A DNA stretch of 64,000 nucleotides. It comes from Candidatus Velthaea sp. GTDB lineage: Bacteria; Vulcanimicrobiota; Vulcanimicrobiia; Vulcanimicrobiales; Vulcanimicrobiaceae. The notes under the pieces are model-generated. The model had not been told where the DNA came from and did no database searches. It saw only the letters and a program-made list of their open reading frames with translations. The stretch spans positions 160,001 to 224,000 of the forward strand of contig CBDCCS010000018.1 in the NCBI GenBank assembly GCA_965214935.1. Direction: 5' to 3'. How positions within the stretch are numbered: position 1 is the stretch's first letter; each line of letters starts with the position of its first letter. Shown here piece by piece: positions 19,159-29,299 of the stretch. The translations under genes and the position numbers were made by a program.

Positions 19159-20388
19159 TCAGGCGCGCAGCGCGGCGATGACCTGGGCGAGACTCGGCGG
19201 CCGGCCGTACAGCAACAAACCCACCCGGTAGACTTTCCCGGCCGCCCAAATAATTGCAACGGTCGCCGCGATGTTGACAACGAGCGACGAGACGATCTGC
19301 CACGCCGGTACCGTGGCCACGGTCATGCGCGTAAACATGACAAACGGCGAGACGAGCGGAACGAGCGAAAGCACGGCGACGTTCGGCGATTGCGGAAACG
19401 CCAGCGCGTATTGGGCCAGAAAAAAACCGCCGACGACCGGAATGACCAGCGGGGCGGCGACGCTGCCTAAGTCTTCGGTGCGGTTGATCAGCGACGCCGC
19501 CGCGGCATACAGCGTCGCGTACTGCATGAAGCCGATCGCGAAGAACAGGACGAAGGCGACCATGACGCCGGCGGAAATAGTGATCGCGCCCGATTCGAGC
19601 GTACCTGCCGCGCCGTGCGCGTGAGTGCCGAACGACGCGACGATGCCCGCCCCGGTTCCCGCGCCGACCAAAATCCAGAGCGTTAGCTGAATGAGGCCGA
19701 TCGCGCCCGCAGCGCCGATTTTGCCCGCCAGCAATTGCGCGGGCGATGTCGTCGCTACAAGGATCTCTGCGATGCGGCTGGTCTTTTCTTCGGCGACCGA
19801 TGTCATGACTGTCTGCGAGTTGAGCAGTATCGACATGTACAACAGAACGACGAGCAGATAAGCGACACCGCGCGCGGCATCGGCCGACGCCGAGTCGACG
19901 AATTTCGCATCGAGGCTTTTGACGCTGAGGTCGAGCGTTAAATACGGCGTCACGCGCGCTAGCGGCGCATTGGTTGCAATGGCAATGTTGAGCGGTATGA
20001 GATCGCGCTCGATCAGAGTGTCGAAGTTGGCCGGATCGCGCGCGTAGGCGGTGACCGCGAGCCGGTGCAGGCGGCGCTCGATGACAATAAACGCGGCGGC
20101 TTTGTGCTGTGCGTTCAAATCGGCCAAAGTCGGCGGCGTTCGGGGGATCGGTAAGCGCGCAACGACCGTGTAGTCGGGGCGCAGTAATTGCGCGGCCGAA
20201 GCGACTAAGCCCGGCTCACCGGCAACGACGATTCGCCGGGTTGCGTTGTCGAAGGCCGAATTGACGAAGCTCGGCAGCGCCGCAAGTCCGACGATCGCCA
20301 ATGCGCCGATGAGACTGCCGACCACGAATGGCCGCGAACGGATCTTACGCAGAAACTCGGCGACGAAAATTATTCCGACGTCGTTCAT
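19159..20388 (-). CDS. ABC-2 exporter permease (NatB-like)
   Basis: VAEEKTSRIAEIL, LLAGKI, PLVSPFVM. Confidence 0.9.
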   Translation of the reverse strand: MNDVGIIFVAEFLRKIRSRPFVVGSLIGALAIVGLAALPSFVNSAFDNATRRIVVAGEPGLVASAAQLLRPDYTVVARLPIPRTPPTLADLNAQHKAAAFIVIERRLHRLAVTAYARDPANFDTLIERDLIPLNIAIATNAPLARVTPYLTLDLSVKSLDAKFVDSASADAARGVAYLLVVLLYMSILLNSQTVMTSVAEEKTSRIAEILVATTSPAQLLAGKIGAAGAIGLIQLTLWILVGAGTGAGIVASFGTHAHGAAGTLESGAITISAGVMVAFVLFFAIGFMQYATLYAAAASLINRTEDLGSVAAPLVIPVVGGFFLAQYALAFPQSPNVAVLSLVPLVSPFVMFTRMTVATVPAWQIVSSLVVNIAATVAIIWAAGKVYRVGLLLYGRPPSLAQVIAALRA

Positions 20389-21284
20389 ACCGGTTCGCCG
20401 ATCGAGCGTACGTAGATGTCGTGCAACGACGGCTCGCGCCGCTCGAAGCGGACGACGTCGCCGGCGGCGGTCAAGCGGCGCGCAAGCGCCGGCATATTCA
20501 CGTCACGCGGCAAGTCGAAAGCCAGCGCGCCGTTGTGCACCGGTCGCGCGACCGCGCCGGCTTCGCCCGTAAGGACCGCGGCAAGTTCGGCCGACGCCGG
20601 CTCGACTTCGACGACTCGCGTCGGCCAACTCAAGCGTAAATTGACCAAGGAATCATTCGCGCGTACACTTCCGTTCGCGATGATGCAAACATGCGTGCAG
20701 AGATCCTCGATCTGCCACATTTGATGGCTCGATAATACCAGCGTCATTCCGGCGATCTGCATTTCGCGCAGCACGCCGAGCAAAACGTCGGCATTGACCG
20801 GATCCAGACCCGAGAACGGCTCGTCGAGGATCAGAAACTCGGGCTCGTGCAACGTGGCACAGGCAACTTGAACCTTTTGCTGATTGCCCTTCGAAAGCTC
20901 GGCGCACGGCCGGTCGGCGAATTGAGCGACGCCCAGCCGTTCGAGCCAGAGCGCCGTTCGACGCCCGAGATCGGGCTCGCGCAGCCCGTGCAGACGCCCG
21001 AAATACTTGATTTGATCGCGGACCTTCATCTTGCCGTACAGGCCGCGTTCTTCGGGCAGATAGCCGAAGCGCCGGCGCGTGGCTTGATCGATCGGCCGGC
21101 CTTGCCACGTCACGCGGCCGGCGTCCGGGATGAGTATGCCTAAAATCATCCGCATCGTCGTTGTCTTGCCGGCACCGTTCGGTCCGAGTAACCCGTACGT
21201 TGTACCGGGTGGAATCGTCAGCGAGATGTCACGCACGGCAACGACGTTGCCGAAGCTGCGGTGCACGTTGGTCAGGACGAGCAT
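20385..21284 (-). CDS. ABC exporter ATP-binding protein
   Basis: GPNGAGKTT, GYLPEERGLY, LSKGNQQK, ILDEPFSGLD. Confidence 0.93.
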   Translation of the reverse strand: MLVLTNVHRSFGNVVAVRDISLTIPPGTTYGLLGPNGAGKTTTMRMILGILIPDAGRVTWQGRPIDQATRRRFGYLPEERGLYGKMKVRDQIKYFGRLHGLREPDLGRRTALWLERLGVAQFADRPCAELSKGNQQKVQVACATLHEPEFLILDEPFSGLDPVNADVLLGVLREMQIAGMTLVLSSHQMWQIEDLCTHVCIIANGSVRANDSLVNLRLSWPTRVVEVEPASAELAAVLTGEAGAVARPVHNGALAFDLPRDVNMPALARRLTAAGDVVRFERREPSLHDIYVRSIGEPV

Positions 21285-21331
21285 GCGAAACGCATTCCCG
21301 GCGGCGCGAGCGCGTGCCCGCTCTTAGGCGA

Positions 21332-22864
21332 TCAACGTGCCGTCACGAGAATCGTCTTGACGATGGTTTCGCTGCCGGTGCCCTGCGGATAGACCGCAAG
21401 CAATCGGATCGTCGCGGAACTGCGCACGTCGGGGGCGTTGAACGTCGCGCTGCGCTGATGCGGTCCGATCGCCGAGCGGCCGAGTTCGTTGCCTTCAACA
21501 TCGTCGAGGACGAGGTTGAGGCCCGGGACGCTACCGGCGATCTGCACGCTGAACGTCGCGCCGGAGCGTACGACCGGCGGAGCACTGATAGCCGGAACCA
21601 GCGAAGCGGCGCCACCGGAGACCTCGGGACCGGCGTTGGCGCCGTCGGCGGGCGGGCTGGGCGACGTCTGCGGTTCGGCCGTCACTGCGACGCGTGAACG
21701 ACTGACGTTCGAGCCGCGCCGCACGGTCAGCACGACGCTCAAGAAGCGTTCGCTTTGTACGGCCGGCACGGCGAGCGCGACGTGCCCGGAAGCGTCGATG
21801 TCGGCTCGGCCATACGTAATTTGTGCGGCCGGATCGAGCAGCGCGACGGTACCGCTCGTCGCGTCGACATCGTAATAAACGTTGACGCTGCCTCCGCCGC
21901 TGAGCGTTGCGCGGTCGAGCGCAAGCGACCGAATCTGAGGCGGCGCCGGCTCGCGCACACGAGTCGGCGGCACCGCTGACCGCACGTGGACGGCGGGCGC
22001 GGGCACGTGGACGTACGCTTCCGCAACGTCGCCGCCGAGGATGCCTTTCATGGACAGACGCACGAGATACGCACGGCCGGCGCGATCGGGGGGCAAGGTT
22101 ACCTCGAACGAACCCGCGCCGGCGCGAAGCGGACCGGCGGCAACTTCGGCTGCATCGGGACCGCTAACGGAATAGCGAATTGCGCCGAGACCCGTCGCCG
22201 TGTAGCCGATCGCGACGGTATCTGCGGTTCGCGCTTCCGGCGGTACGTGCAGCTCGACGATCTGCGGGCGGAAAATCGTCGCACCGACTCCGGCCATGAG
22301 CGCGAGAAAAAGCAGAAACATCGGGACGGCGGCCGGCGAGCGCGCACCGGGCCGGATACCGTTGCGGCGCTGCTCGAGCGGCGCTTGCGAAGGAGCGTCG
22401 GTCCGCTCGAAGTGCCGCACGTTCGGCGCGCGAACGACGGCCGGTGGCAGCGGTTGACGCGCAGGTTCGACTGCCGCGAGTGCAAACGACGGCGTTTCGG
22501 CCGGGCGGTTCGGAGCGTTCGTGTCGTTGGGTACGATCAACACGAAGCCGATATCTTCGCCGTGGACGTCAATGTGCAAATCCGGAACGTGCTGCAGCGC
22601 CGGACGCTTGAGCTCGACGGTGGTTGAAAAGTCGCACGTGCGCTGCACGCTGCATTGCACGAGCGTCCCGCTGTGCCCGCGTTCCGACGCGATGAATGCG
22701 ACGGCGCGTACGTCGGAATCCGAATCGTTGCGGATGACGATTGAAAATATTAGTGCGCCGTCATCGGTGCCGTGACTGCGCAACACCTGGCATGCGACAC
22801 GGCCGGCCCGGCCCGCCGTCTCGGCGGAGTATGCAATGCTCCGGCCTTCGACGACAGCGCTCAC
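21332..22864 (-). CDS. Hypothetical single-pass membrane protein with beta-rich extracellular domains
   Basis: 510-aa ORF with one TM (MFLLFLALMAGVGA) and Pro-rich linkers between beta-strand-rich blocks. Confidence 0.6.
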   Translation of the reverse strand: MSAVVEGRSIAYSAETAGRAGRVACQVLRSHGTDDGALIFSIVIRNDSDSDVRAVAFIASERGHSGTLVQCSVQRTCDFSTTVELKRPALQHVPDLHIDVHGEDIGFVLIVPNDTNAPNRPAETPSFALAAVEPARQPLPPAVVRAPNVRHFERTDAPSQAPLEQRRNGIRPGARSPAAVPMFLLFLALMAGVGATIFRPQIVELHVPPEARTADTVAIGYTATGLGAIRYSVSGPDAAEVAAGPLRAGAGSFEVTLPPDRAGRAYLVRLSMKGILGGDVAEAYVHVPAPAVHVRSAVPPTRVREPAPPQIRSLALDRATLSGGGSVNVYYDVDATSGTVALLDPAAQITYGRADIDASGHVALAVPAVQSERFLSVVLTVRRGSNVSRSRVAVTAEPQTSPSPPADGANAGPEVSGGAASLVPAISAPPVVRSGATFSVQIAGSVPGLNLVLDDVEGNELGRSAIGPHQRSATFNAPDVRSSATIRLLAVYPQGTGSETIVKTILVTAR

Positions 22865-23057
22865 CGTGCACCCTTGGTGCTCGCGCGCGGATCGTTCCTG
22901 CGCTCGGTCGCACGCGCGAACGATTGATTACACAAATAAAATGTTTAGCGCGGGCGCAACAATTACGTTAGCGGCGCTTGCCAAACAGCCGATCGCGGTG
23001 TTATTGTTGCACGACGCTTATCCGTTGCCGGTTGACCGGCCGGGCAAGAAAGGAGCC

Positions 23058-23144
23058 ATGATGACGATCGTTATTTCAACGAATCCTTACTCGAACGGCA
23101 CGTGCCGATCGATCGATTTTGCCGCGGAGGGTCACGCCTGCTAA
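23058..23144 (+). CDS. Putative leader peptide (28 aa, MMTIVISTNPYSNGTCRSIDFAAEGHAC)
   Basis: AAGGAG just upstream; overlaps the 5' strand of the antiterminator. Confidence 0.5.
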   Translation: MMTIVISTNPYSNGTCRSIDFAAEGHAC

Positions 23145-23199
23145 TTGCACCGACAGCGTCGGTTGCATCGTGGCCTCCGCATCTGCCGGAGGTTTTTTT
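23124..23199 (+). promoter_or_regulatory. Attenuator: antiterminator versus terminator/SD-sequestering hairpin
   Basis: CCTCCG-N7-CGGAGG-T7 (23174-23199); alternative pairing of GCGGAGGGTCACG (23124-23136) with CGTGGCCTCCGC (23169-23180). Confidence 0.65.
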
Positions 23200-23400
23200 A
23201 TGCTTAATTTCGTGTTGCTGTGCGAGCTTACACGGCAACGCCGGCGCGCCGTCATGAACGACGTCGCGCTGTGTCACTACGTTCGCAGTCCGCGCGTCGT
23301 TGCCGGACGGGCGCTCGTTGCGCTCGGTGCGCTCGCCGTCTTCGTCGGTACGGCACTCGATGAAGAATCCGAACGAAAACCGGAAATAACGATTGCATGA
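23200..23400 (+). CDS. Small hypothetical protein (66 aa) with C-terminal hydrophobic helix
   Basis: GGAGG SD 7 nt upstream of ATG; ATGA overlap with the next gene. Confidence 0.6.
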   Translation: MLNFVLLCELTRQRRRAVMNDVALCHYVRSPRVVAGRALVALGALAVFVGTALDEESERKPEITIA

Positions 23401-23912
23401 CCGTTGTAGGCGTCGTTTCCGACACGCATCTCCCGCGTTACGGGCGCGCGTTACCGCGCGCGCTCGTGACCGGCTTGCGGAATGCGGGCGTTCAGCGAAT
23501 CTTGCATTGCGGCGATATGACCGAACTGTTGGCGGTCGATCTGTTTTCGGCCATCGCGCCCGTCGATGCCGTCGCGGGAAATAACGACGGCGACGAAATT
23601 CGTAAGCGTTTTGGCCGTAAGAAAATCTTGCTGATCGAAGGCGTGCGGGTAGGGATGCTGCACGGCGATGCCGGCAAACATGCCGCTCCGCGTAACGCGC
23701 TAGCCGGCTTTGCCGATGAAGCCGTCGACGTCATTTGCTTCGGTCACAGTCATCGGCCGCTGCACGAACGGCACGGCGACCGGGTTTTACTCAATCCCGG
23801 TTCGCCCACCGATAAGCGGATGAACCCGCGCTACTCGTATGCGCTGCTTCGGATCGACGGCGCGCGCGCCGAAGCAACCCTGCACTATTATTTCGATCGC
23901 AGCAGTGCCTGA
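23397..23912 (+). CDS. Metallophosphoesterase (YfcE/MJ0936 family)
   Basis: SDTH, HCGD, GNND, HGD, FGHSH, NPGS. Confidence 0.92.
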   Translation: MTVVGVVSDTHLPRYGRALPRALVTGLRNAGVQRILHCGDMTELLAVDLFSAIAPVDAVAGNNDGDEIRKRFGRKKILLIEGVRVGMLHGDAGKHAAPRNALAGFADEAVDVICFGHSHRPLHERHGDRVLLNPGSPTDKRMNPRYSYALLRIDGARAEATLHYYFDRSSA

Positions 23913-24541
23913 TGCCGTCGGGACGGCCGGCCGGCCAACGCTTCGATGCCGTCAATGGGATTACAACCGAAGCACTTATTTTTCTAGGTGAACTCGATCC
24001 GGAGAATGTCGGTCCGGGTATCGAATTTGCGACCCACTATGAAGCCACGCCGGTCGGTGACATCGAACGATTGCTCGATGCGGCGCCGCTGGCGCCCGAA
24101 CGCTCGACCTTCGTCGACATCGGCTCGGGGATGGGCCGCGTTGTGTTCGTTGCGTCGCGGCGACCGTTCCGTCAGATCGTGGGCGTCGAAATCTCGCCGG
24201 CCCTGCATCAGATTGCGCGTGATAACCGCGAACGCTGGCCGCAAGCCGATGTCCGATGTCGGGACGTTCGCCTCGTACGCGCCGACGCGGCAAGCTTTTC
24301 GTTTCCGCGCGGCGATCTCGTCGTTTACCTGTACAACCCGTTCCGAGCCGAAGTGCTCGAACCGGTTCTCGACGCGCTACTACGCGATCCGGACCGGTCG
24401 GTCGTCGTGCTGTATCATACGCCGCTCGAACGCGCTTGTATCGAGGCGCGCGCGGCCTTTACGTGCATCGCCGAACTCCCGTGCGGCGCGGTCTTCGCGG
24501 CCGGCCCATCCGTTTGGCGCAAGGTCGTTCGGGAGCAGTAG
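23912..24541 (+). CDS. Class I SAM-dependent methyltransferase
   Basis: FVDIGSGMGR, GVEIS, YLYNPF. Confidence 0.88.
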   Translation: MPSGRPAGQRFDAVNGITTEALIFLGELDPENVGPGIEFATHYEATPVGDIERLLDAAPLAPERSTFVDIGSGMGRVVFVASRRPFRQIVGVEISPALHQIARDNRERWPQADVRCRDVRLVRADAASFSFPRGDLVVYLYNPFRAEVLEPVLDALLRDPDRSVVVLYHTPLERACIEARAAFTCIAELPCGAVFAAGPSVWRKVVREQ

Positions 24542-24602
24542 GTCATCGTGGAACGAGCCGATTGCATGCAATAGCGCATCGTCTCCCGGTTACACCCGTA
24601 CC

Positions 24603-25136
24603 GTGCTTCTTTCACGCATCGTTCAATGGGTGGCTTTCGGCGCTGCGCTTGCGTACTGTTCCGGCGCAGTCGTGTTAGTTGCCGCTAAACCGGCGACCGC
24701 GTGCCGCTGGTCCGCTGCGCGAACGTCACTTGCATTGGCCCGCCGCCGGCAGGCGCAGGACGACGAGCCGGCCGCCATGCATGCGTACGTCGCAGCAACA
24801 CGGTCGGTGCTCGGCTGCCGGACCGCGGCGGCCGCAACATTGGGTGCAAACGCGCTCGTTCGGGCGGTCGCTGCATACGGACGCGGCGATTACCGCAACG
24901 TGCGAGAACGCGTCAAAGCCGAGCGGACGACCCTGTTTGCAAACGCCGTCGCGATCGTGCAAACGGTCCATGTCATCGCGTATAACATCGACTTCGCGCA
25001 TCGCACCTTTACAGCGATCGATCGTGCGCTCGAGTCAGCCGAGGGGTTCGCGCTTCCGCTGCGTCCTACGGCTTCGGCCGGCGATTTACCCGGCCGTTTC
25101 GCGGCGGCCGGTTCGCCGGCGCACCGTTCGGATTGA
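24603..25136 (+). CDS. Hypothetical exported/membrane-anchored helical protein
   Basis: Hydrophobic N-terminus then Ala-rich helices; start uncertain; 3' end overlaps the helicase antisense. Confidence 0.4.
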   Translation: MLLSRIVQWVAFGAALAYCSGAVVLVAAKPATACRWSAARTSLALARRRQAQDDEPAAMHAYVAATRSVLGCRTAAAATLGANALVRAVAAYGRGDYRNVRERVKAERTTLFANAVAIVQTVHVIAYNIDFAHRTFTAIDRALESAEGFALPLRPTASAGDLPGRFAAAGSPAHRSD

Positions 25137-27009
25137 TGCCGTGCGGGCGTCCGCCGGCTTTGGCGCCGTTTGCGCCGCTCGGAGCCTGCGCCGTACGCGG
25201 CCGTCCCTCGGGAACGGTTGCAATCTGCGTATAGCCTGACAGCATTTCGTCGACTCGCGTATAAGCGCTACCGAGCGCGCCGGGCAGCGAAGACGACTTA
25301 TCGATGACGCGTTCGGGTAAATCGTTCGTGGTATACAAGGTCAAATACAAATCGCCGTCACGCTTAACGTCGATGCGCGAGCGTTCGTACCGAATTGATT
25401 TGGCATCGACATTGAGCATTCGGCGCGCAAAAGATTCGGCGTCCTCATGCGGTGCAATGCGCTTAGCCTCAGCGACCCATTGATCGTAGCGCTTGCCGAA
25501 ATTCGCGATCGGGCGGCCCTTGCGATCGTAGGCAACCTTCTGAGCCGGCAGTTCCATACGCCAGTGATCCATCGGATCGATTGCCGTCCACGTCGGCTTG
25601 ATATCGGGCGGAGCCGAGAACGCGTCGACTTCGGCCAGCAGCGTAATGATGTCATCGGCGCTGCGTACGCGTGCGGCGCGTTTTGGATCGAGTTTGAGCA
25701 GTGCCTCGAACTTCTCAGCGACTTGGGCGGTCATCCGGCCCTGCGCGTCAATTTGCGGCGGCAAGCCGTATAACGACGGTAACGTTACGAGTTGATGGCG
25801 CTGCGCCTGATCGACCAAATCGATGATGATCGCGGCGGGTTTGATGCTTTTTTCGATGAGCTCGCGCCGGTTGAGCGCCGATGTCGTGCTCGACAAGGAA
25901 TTTGCGATTTCGTCGACCGGACGCAACGCCCGGCCGGTGATCTGCGTGTAAAGCGTCGTCGACTTCGTCGGCCGCGCGTTAAGGATGACCTGCACCGATG
26001 GGACGTCAAAGCCTTCGAGGTACAGTCCGCAGTTGACGAGCACATGGGTTTTCCCACTGCGGAAATCACGTACGATACGCTCGCGTTCGGCGCGCGGCGT
26101 CTCGCCGCTGGCCCATTCGGCCTTGATCTCGTTGGCCACAAATTCTTCGGCGACGTCTCGCGCATGCTCGACCGAAGCCGTGAACACGAGTGCTTTCAGA
26201 CCGGCGGTATGCTGTTTATATGACGCGACGATGCGTGCGTTACGATCGACGGTATTGACGGCGGCGGCCAGGGCGCCGATCACAAAATCACCGCCGCGCG
26301 ACGTTACGTTATCTAAATTGGTTGTCGTCGCAACGGCAAACGATTTAACCGGAACGAGATAACCGGCGTCGATGGCTTTGCGCGTATCCATCTCGTAAAC
26401 GATCTTCTCGAAGATATCGATTAAGCGAACGCCGTCGCCGCGATTGGGCGTAGCGGTGAAGCCCATAATCATTGCATCGCTGCGTAGCGCGACGATCCGA
26501 TCGACGATGGCGCGGTATGACGGCGCAGCGGCATGGTGTGCTTCATCGATGATAAAAAGCGCGATGCGCCGTCCGAAACGGGCGGAGAATTCGACGAGGC
26601 GCTTGTCACCCAGCGTTTGTACCGTCGCTACAACGATATCGCTGTCGTCATCGGCCCGGCGTTCGGCTTTCTCGACGCCGATTTTTGCAGCCGGGTTCTC
26701 GGCGCGCATCTTTTCGACGATCTGTTCGATGAGCTCGTCGCGGTGCGCGACCACCAGGGTTACGTCGCCTTCGCGCAGGCCCAAGAGTTTCGGCAGCGTC
26801 GCGATGATAACGGTTTTGCCGCAGCCGGTTGCCAACGAAACGAGTTGCGTTCGAATGCCGCGCTTTCGATGTTCGAGAATCGCCTGCTGCGCTTCAATTT
26901 GATACGGCCGCAGATGCGGAGCCCGCGGTGGCGAATCCACCGCAGCCAGGTTTGCCGAGCGCCGGTTAGGCCGAAATTGATCGGCCGCCGTCGCGTCTTG
27001 CATTGCCAT
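25066..27009 (-). CDS. Superfamily 2 DEAH helicase (ResIII/Irc3-like) with C-terminal extension
   Basis: LRPYQ, LATGCGKT, DEAHH, GFTATPNR, EGFDVP, QITGRALR. Confidence 0.9.
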   Translation of the reverse strand: MAMQDATAADQFRPNRRSANLAAVDSPPRAPHLRPYQIEAQQAILEHRKRGIRTQLVSLATGCGKTVIIATLPKLLGLREGDVTLVVAHRDELIEQIVEKMRAENPAAKIGVEKAERRADDDSDIVVATVQTLGDKRLVEFSARFGRRIALFIIDEAHHAAAPSYRAIVDRIVALRSDAMIMGFTATPNRGDGVRLIDIFEKIVYEMDTRKAIDAGYLVPVKSFAVATTTNLDNVTSRGGDFVIGALAAAVNTVDRNARIVASYKQHTAGLKALVFTASVEHARDVAEEFVANEIKAEWASGETPRAERERIVRDFRSGKTHVLVNCGLYLEGFDVPSVQVILNARPTKSTTLYTQITGRALRPVDEIANSLSSTTSALNRRELIEKSIKPAAIIIDLVDQAQRHQLVTLPSLYGLPPQIDAQGRMTAQVAEKFEALLKLDPKRAARVRSADDIITLLAEVDAFSAPPDIKPTWTAIDPMDHWRMELPAQKVAYDRKGRPIANFGKRYDQWVAEAKRIAPHEDAESFARRMLNVDAKSIRYERSRIDVKRDGDLYLTLYTTNDLPERVIDKSSSLPGALGSAYTRVDEMLSGYTQIATVPEGRPRTAQAPSGANGAKAGGRPHGINPNGAPANRPPRNGRVNRRPKP

Positions 27010-27150
27010 GACGCCTATACATACGGAGCCGCTTCGTCGCTAAACGGCGAAGCGGATGTGCGAAGTCCGGGTCGAGGCCATACGCCTGCAAGAACCGGTA
27101 CGGTAGTATTTAGACCTTCGTTGCATACAACCCTCGGGCGTAATCGAACT

Positions 27151-27705
27151 TTACGCATCACATTGACTGGCGCAGCGCCGCCGGTAGTCGTCGGGAGTGT
27201 CGATGTCGATTTGCGCCGCGGCGGTAAAGAAGCGCCGGCGCAAGGCCGGATCGTCACGCAATTGCCTGATCGTATCGCCGTCCGGAAGAGCTGCGATTTT
27301 GCGGCGTGCGAGCGGGCCGAAGATGACCGGATGCGTCGCTTGGGACGCGTTCGGCAGAACGATATCAACGGCGTCGTCGTACGCCGCGACCGCTGCATCG
27401 ATGTCGGCCGCGGTAATGTCGGGCAGATCGCCCAAGACGACGGCGACCGGCTCCGTACCGGGAATGACTTGATTTGCAAGTCGTAACGAATGCGCCATTC
27501 CGCGATCGGGCGATGCGTTGCGAACGATCGGCAATGCCGTCGCTGCCAGCGACGCAGCGACCTCATCGCCGGCGACGATCACGGTCGGCCACTTTGCCGC
27601 CGCGTCGACGACGCGCTGGACGATCGAACGTCCGTCGACGGGCAAAAGAAGTTTTTGGCATCCCATGCGGCTTGCCGTTCCGGCCGCGAGTATTACAACA
27701 ACCAT
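27151..27705 (-). CDS. MocA/MobA-like nucleotidyltransferase
   Basis: ILAAGTASRMGCQKLLL, GMAHSL, LGDLP, HPVIF, DIDTPDDY. Confidence 0.88.
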   Translation of the reverse strand: MVVVILAAGTASRMGCQKLLLPVDGRSIVQRVVDAAAKWPTVIVAGDEVAASLAATALPIVRNASPDRGMAHSLRLANQVIPGTEPVAVVLGDLPDITAADIDAAVAAYDDAVDIVLPNASQATHPVIFGPLARRKIAALPDGDTIRQLRDDPALRRRFFTAAAQIDIDTPDDYRRRCASQCDA

Positions 27706-27724
27706 CGTGCGTCGCCCAGCGAAA

Positions 27725-28162
27725 CTAACGTATGCTAACGCCGCCGCGCCGCACGACGGGAAGAACCGCCGTTACGCCGCTGCCGCCGCCGGACATTTGC
27801 GCAACGTGCACGTCGGCGCTCAAAGTTTGTACGATGAACAATCCGCGTTGCGATTCATCGAGCGGATCGCGCGGAAGCACGGGGTTCCAGCTAAATCCGC
27901 GTCCCTTGTCGACAACGAGCAGCGTCGGTAATCCGGTTCGCCACTCGACTCGTACGGTTATCGGTCCGGGCGCATGACGTATCACGTTGGCAACGAGTTC
28001 GCCGAAAATGATTTCAGCGGCCTGGTAATCGGACTCGGCGGTGCCGTGCTGGCGAAGAAACCCGATAAAGTCGCGTCGCCGTGCGTGTGCAGCGATCGCT
28101 TCTTCGGCGTGGAACTCCCAGTAGAGTGCGGAGTCCGGACGGCTTCCGCCTAACCGTTGCAT
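27725..28162 (-). CDS. RsbW-like anti-sigma/HATPase_c protein
   Basis: ELVANVIRHA, DKGRGF, RGLFIV. Confidence 0.82.
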   Translation of the reverse strand: MQRLGGSRPDSALYWEFHAEEAIAAHARRRDFIGFLRQHGTAESDYQAAEIIFGELVANVIRHAPGPITVRVEWRTGLPTLLVVDKGRGFSWNPVLPRDPLDESQRGLFIVQTLSADVHVAQMSGGGSGVTAVLPVVRRGGVSIR

Positions 28163-28523
28163 CGATACCGGGTCTCTCGTTCGATCGCCGGCAAGGCCGT
28201 TAACGGCGTGTGCCGCTTGTTACAAACGATAACTTCACCCGCGACCGATCGTGCAGGCGCACGACCGTATTCACATTCAACGCCGTCATAACGCGCGCAA
28301 TTGAATCTTTGCTTACCCGCGGGAAAGAATGTAAAACATAACTCGCCGGCCCTCGAAACGTCGACTTTATCCGAGCACGCAACAACTGGGGCTGCAAATA
28401 CGTTGATTGCCTGTGCGACGGCGGGCTGCGCGGAGCGGCTCGACCGCGGTGAAAAACCGGCGATCGTCGCACCTGCAATCGTTATATTCCATCATCTTTT
28501 TCTAACCTTGAAGGCAGGTACTC

Positions 28524-29075
28524 GTGCAAAAATTTATGGCCGCCATCGTCGCGGCAATCATCGGTCTGGTCCCGCTGACCGCGGCGGCGCAAGTTGGACC
28601 GGGCACCCTTCTTGTCGGTAATATGGATCAGTCACTCGATTCAAAGAGCGTTCAAGTCGGACAGCGCTTCACCATTAGCGACGTGCATTCACAAGACAAC
28701 AACATCAATGGCGGAGTGATCTACGGTCACGTGTCGGACGTCCAGCGTGCAAGCCAAGGCCGCCCCGGTAAAATAGAGCTTGCGTTCGACAAACTGCATA
28801 CGCGCGCGGGCGCTTCTTATGCGCTTACGGGTCGGGCGACCAACGTACAGACGAACACGAAGAATAACGGGTTGAAGGAAGCCGGCGGCGCGCTCGCCGG
28901 ACTGTTGGTCGGCAACCTCATCGGCAAGAAGCTGGGCACGAATCTCGGCGGTGCTTTAGGCGCCGGCGGTGGTTACTTGTATGCCAAGAACAACAAAGAG
29001 AACGTTACGATTCCGCAGCATGCGAGCGTTTCGGTTCAAGTGACGCAAGCTCGTCGTCAGGCGGTCGGCGTCTAA
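28524..29075 (+). CDS. Secreted protein with glycine-zipper motif
   Basis: Signal peptide; LDSKS..VGQRF beta domain; GGALAGLLVG...GGALGAGGG. Confidence 0.75.
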   Translation: MQKFMAAIVAAIIGLVPLTAAAQVGPGTLLVGNMDQSLDSKSVQVGQRFTISDVHSQDNNINGGVIYGHVSDVQRASQGRPGKIELAFDKLHTRAGASYALTGRATNVQTNTKNNGLKEAGGALAGLLVGNLIGKKLGTNLGGALGAGGGYLYAKNNKENVTIPQHASVSVQVTQARRQAVGV

Positions 29076-29299
29076 CGAGCGGGCTTGTCCGTTCGTTCGC
29101 TCGAGCGATGGTGGTCGACCATATCAGGCCTGCTTCTAAAAAGGAGCGGGCCCCTTGCTGCTTACGCATCAATAACGGCACGTGTACTTCCCGGCCGCTT
29201 TACTCGCCGTTTCGTTAGGAGTCGTTACCTCGTGATCTTCGCTTGCATCGGATCGTCAGGTCAATCGCTCGTCGATGCTCGTGCAAAGCGGAGCGAGCC

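Noticed and set aside
25066..27009. Type III restriction or anti-phage system
   Set aside because: No Mod methylase or nuclease motif; the nearby methyltransferase is on the opposite strand and lacks DNA-MTase context.
28163..28523. ncRNA or small ORF in the 360-bp intergenic gap
   Set aside because: No recognisable structure or terminator; consistent with divergent promoters.
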